This document shows, in pieces, positions 60,773-64,000 of a DNA stretch of 64,000 bases. Origin of the DNA: Oculina patagonica (Eukaryota); assembly GCF_052425735.1 (NCBI RefSeq), contig NC_135759.1, positions 29,078,001-29,142,000 of the forward strand. Reading direction: 5' to 3'. Below the pieces are notes generated by a model, which saw nothing but the letters and a program-made list of their open reading frames with translations, was not told the origin of the DNA and made no database searches. Both the position numbers and the translations under genes were made by a program. How positions within the stretch are numbered: the stretch's first letter is position 1; each line of letters starts with the position of its first letter.

Positions 60773-61780
60773 ATGGATCGCATACGTGAGAGAGATGCGT
60801 ATTGGTATTGGATTGTAGTAGTCTTTATCGGAGTGACAACAGTTTGTGGAAACACGGTGGTTATATATTTAATCTTGACGCGGAGATGTCTTCACATCAC
60901 AGCCAACTGGTTTATACTCTCACTGTCGTTCGCAGATTTACTCGTTGGACTGGTGGTGATACCAACATACATTATCCATACGTTCTGGGTACAATTAAAC
61001 CTTCATGCACTGTTGAAATTCTACAACCTTATTTTATATGTGTCAGTTGGCAACTTGTGTGTTATGACTGGAGATAGATATCTTGCCATCACAAGACCAT
61101 TGAATTACGTCTCACTTATGACTCGGTCGAAGGTCCTGATAATGATATTTACTGCCTGGTCAATACCTGCAGGTATTTCACTTTTATCTCTGCTGTGGCA
61201 AACGTCGGACACGAACGGAAAAACGGACACAGTACATAGAGTATACGGTGGCTTAACTGTGGTGTGCTTCGAAGTTATTCCGTGCTTAATGATGCTTTTA
61301 GTGTACTTTCACTTATATTTAATAACACGAGCTCATTCTCGTAGGATCGCTGCACAGGAAAGTGTGAAGGAACGTCACAGCGGAGAAAAATTTACGAAAA
61401 GAAGAAGACAAAGAAATAGGGAGAGGTCCAATCTGAAAGTGTTCGCATCAGTTGCGCTGTTGTTCGTCTTTTGCTGGCTTCTTTCAGCCTATCGTGGATT
61501 TTGCCACGTGTTCAGCCTGTGCTCTGTGACCATAGAATTTGTACAAGTATCCAGAATCCTCATTTTCTTAAATTCTGCGGTTAATGTTGTAGTGTATTCC
61601 TTTCTGAAGAGGGATATAAGGACAGAGTTGAAACGTTTATTGAGGTGCCGAACACGTCAAGAATCGCTTGACTTTAGTCTCGTGCGTATACAGGAGTCAA
61701 CAGTGGCGAATCGTTCGCTGGAGGTTGAGACAGAAGCACCAAAGAACGGTCAACAAGAACCGGGACCTAGTGTGAATTAG
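60773..61780 (+). CDS. Orphan class A GPCR, intronless CDS
   Basis: GN, LSFAD, DRY, NSAVNVVVY, LKRDIRTEL. Confidence 0.95.
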   Translation: MDRIRERDAYWYWIVVVFIGVTTVCGNTVVIYLILTRRCLHITANWFILSLSFADLLVGLVVIPTYIIHTFWVQLNLHALLKFYNLILYVSVGNLCVMTGDRYLAITRPLNYVSLMTRSKVLIMIFTAWSIPAGISLLSLLWQTSDTNGKTDTVHRVYGGLTVVCFEVIPCLMMLLVYFHLYLITRAHSRRIAAQESVKERHSGEKFTKRRRQRNRERSNLKVFASVALLFVFCWLLSAYRGFCHVFSLCSVTIEFVQVSRILIFLNSAVNVVVYSFLKRDIRTELKRLLRCRTRQESLDFSLVRIQESTVANRSLEVETEAPKNGQQEPGPSVN

Positions 61781-61831
61781 ACGAGGTGTGGAGAAAGTTG
61801 ACTTGTATGACATGATTGCTTATAGACATGT

Positions 61832-62239
61832 AATACTTGGCTTCACACTAGAGCTCGTAAATATAATCTAAGTGCACTTGAAACCTACTTTGAGTGTGAA
61901 GGGGTAATGTGGGTTAGTGTTGGTAGGGGGTGTGGGGGGGGGGGGGAAAATCGTACTTGAACTTTACTTGGTGACCATGGAAACTTTCGTAGTTCAAGGA
62001 AGCCGAAGTACGTCGCCAAGTATGGTCTACGCCACACTTGAGAACGGATGGAAGCCAAAAAATCGGCGTGCAGCGTTGTCGCGATTCTGAAGATGATTGA
62101 CAGCTTGTACCTCAAGTAATATACTTTGTCATCAAGTGTGAAGCCAAGTTTTGTAAAGTGCGACTTGAGATTTTTAAGTGCGCTTGAGTCAAGTGCTTAC
62201 TTGAAACTAGGCTTAGCACCTAATGTGAAGCCAAGTATT
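61832..62239. mobile_element. MITE just downstream of the GPCR stop
   Basis: Perfect 16-bp TIRs aatacttggcttcaca / tgtgaagccaagtatt; internal cttga/tcaag repeats. Confidence 0.75.
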
Positions 62240-62602
62240 GTCTTACATCTTGGACGTGCCACTTGCATTTGAATCCGTTGTTAATTTATCTTGATAAACG
62301 TTCTCAAAGAACACAGCACACGGAAGCTATAAAATAAAAAACCGGCACCGTAAAGTTAACGTTCCCCTGCCCGCATCTGCCTCCATTCAATAAATCATGA
62401 TCGGCGCTCCATGACACATGTTCGCGTGTTAGCTACCCGAAAGTAACTACTACTTGAATGTTGCGACCCTCCAAAAGAAGCGAGAGCAGAGACTTATCCG
62501 GACTTCTGGTATAGACGATGCAAAAGTTGTGAGTTTTGAAGGTACGAGCCGTTAGCCGGGTCTGGAAAGAAACTGATTTTGAAATCTAGAATTTCTGAGA
62601 CC

Positions 62603-62772
62603 CCCCGGGGTGTGTGTGGAACTCCTTATATTGGCCTATACGGGAGGGTTCCCCCCAAAATAAGGGGATACCTTTTTCAGGCTTCAGGTATATAATAGGG
62701 TAGGGATTTCACAAGTTTAGGTATTTGAAAGGGTTGGAAATTCTGTCATTAAGGTATTTAGAAAGGCCTTTA
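62603..62772 (+). mobile_element. Partial copy of the CCCGGG-terminus element at 54216-54608
   Basis: Shared ccttttttca.gcttcaggtatataa.agggtag.gatttca and gtttagg...gaaaggg. Confidence 0.75.
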
Positions 62773-63207
62773 AAAAATCAGAAAAATCAATCAGGTTCAA
62801 CTGGGGATTATTTTCTCACCTGAACGTATGTTTGTTTAATTTTGGGTTAAAATCAGACGAGGCAAGTGCCTCGTCTTACCTCTTGCTAGTTACGGCCTTG
62901 GCGATAGGAATCGGCTGCTAAATCTGTAAATAACGAGGGTCGTTACTTTCGCAGCTTTTATTTCGTTTTGAGAGAACAAACTCAGTCGATTGCCCTGAAC
63001 TATATTAGCTGATCAACTGAAGTCAGTTTGGCTTAGACAGCCTATTTCGATATTTAATCATTTTGCAGCCTGTTTTTAGTAAACTGAACTCAACTTGGTG
63101 AACGTTACAAAGGACATTCCTTTACGATAGCGCCCTGCTACGAGCCCGATGCCCGATTTTCATAGCTCGGTTAAAAGTACTAGTCATTTCCACTTTAGTC
63201 CACTTAA

Positions 63208-63260
63208 TGGGACACTGTCACGGAGATTTTAATGCTTTTAGGTAAAAAGTACTTAAGAGC
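63208..63260 (+). mobile_element. Left terminus of a Kolobok-like element (other end not seen)
   Basis: TTAA followed by tgggacactgtcacggagatttt, similar to the 58602 terminus. Confidence 0.45.
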
Positions 63261-64000
63261 GAAGGCACAGATTTTTGAAGCAAACCTTGTCCACGGTCAA
63301 AAATAAAACCCTCCTTTATTTTTAATTTATAAACAGGTTTAAGTGAGTTTTTAAAGGTTTCGGGGTTTATTTTTCAAAATACCGCCGACTTTCGGAAATA
63401 TTTGAGAAAATCGATTTCGCACTATTGAAGGCTAAAAATAGCCGAATTAAATAGCAAAATTAAGCATTCGCAAAAACGTTCTCGCGTTGTTGATAGAAGT
63501 TATATCATCGAGAATTAGAAACATATACTTAAAGTTGAAGAATAAATCAATGTTTTTATGCCTGTGTTTCGGTTTTAGATTATACTTTTCACAGCGAAAG
63601 TAACGCTCTTTGATGACAATTTTATAACTGCTTTAGTAAATACAGTTTCACCTCATAATAACAAGATTACTTTTCGATATGTGGCCATTCTTTAATCGGC
63701 TTCATTTTATGGCTATAAAATGCCCAAAGACTCTTCTTTATCTACATATAAAGATTGGTTCGGGTTTTTAAGCGAGCGCGTTTTAAAACGCCATCAAAAT
63801 ATGGGTAATTTAACTAAAATTTGAACTAATTTGCATATCACCGTTTTGATGACATGTTACATGTAACAGCCGCATTCGCGTAAAAGCTGCAAACTCTGGT
63901 TTTCCTTAAATTTGTGCTTAACACTAAATTAAACTTGAAATCCTTTTCTATCCCTACTGAAAGGATCACTTACCTTTTATATTGCTGCGGTAGATACAGC

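Noticed and set aside
1113-61780. Specific gene symbols (adrenergic, histamine, adenosine, TAAR; a Wnt subfamily number)
   Set aside because: Diagnostic residues are missing and orthology cannot be set without a phylogeny.
1-64000. CRISPR arrays, rRNA genes or prokaryotic operons
   Set aside because: No regularly spaced repeats or rRNA-like sequence; gene structure is eukaryotic.

Overview
AT-rich eukaryotic DNA. The GT-AG introns, Wnt gene and repeat landscape suggest an anthozoan, probably a stony coral (inference). The window holds ten rhodopsin-class (class A) GPCR genes with intronless coding regions: eight intact, one with a frameshift, and one pseudogene split by a 5'-truncated LINE. 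Four other genes are interspersed, three of which the ORF track shows only in part because they are spliced. (1) A two-exon prepropeptide with signal peptide, very acidic pro-region and a Cys-free C-terminal peptide of charge +16; the layout resembles Hydra arminin antimicrobial peptides. (2) A CXorf38/DUF4559 (HEPN-like) protein with a degenerate catalytic motif and a C-terminal membrane anchor. (3) A two-exon secreted 12-Cys Ly6/uPAR three-finger protein with no GPI signal. (4) A four-exon, 337-aa Wnt-family gene whose two Frizzled-contacting hairpins (acylation thumb and FxWCC index finger) are both degenerate. Intergenic DNA carries many MITEs, LINE/SINE fragments, microsatellites and several T-depleted tracts that are probably sequencing artefacts. 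Gene models were built by eye from splice signals and reading-frame continuity; no database searches were run.
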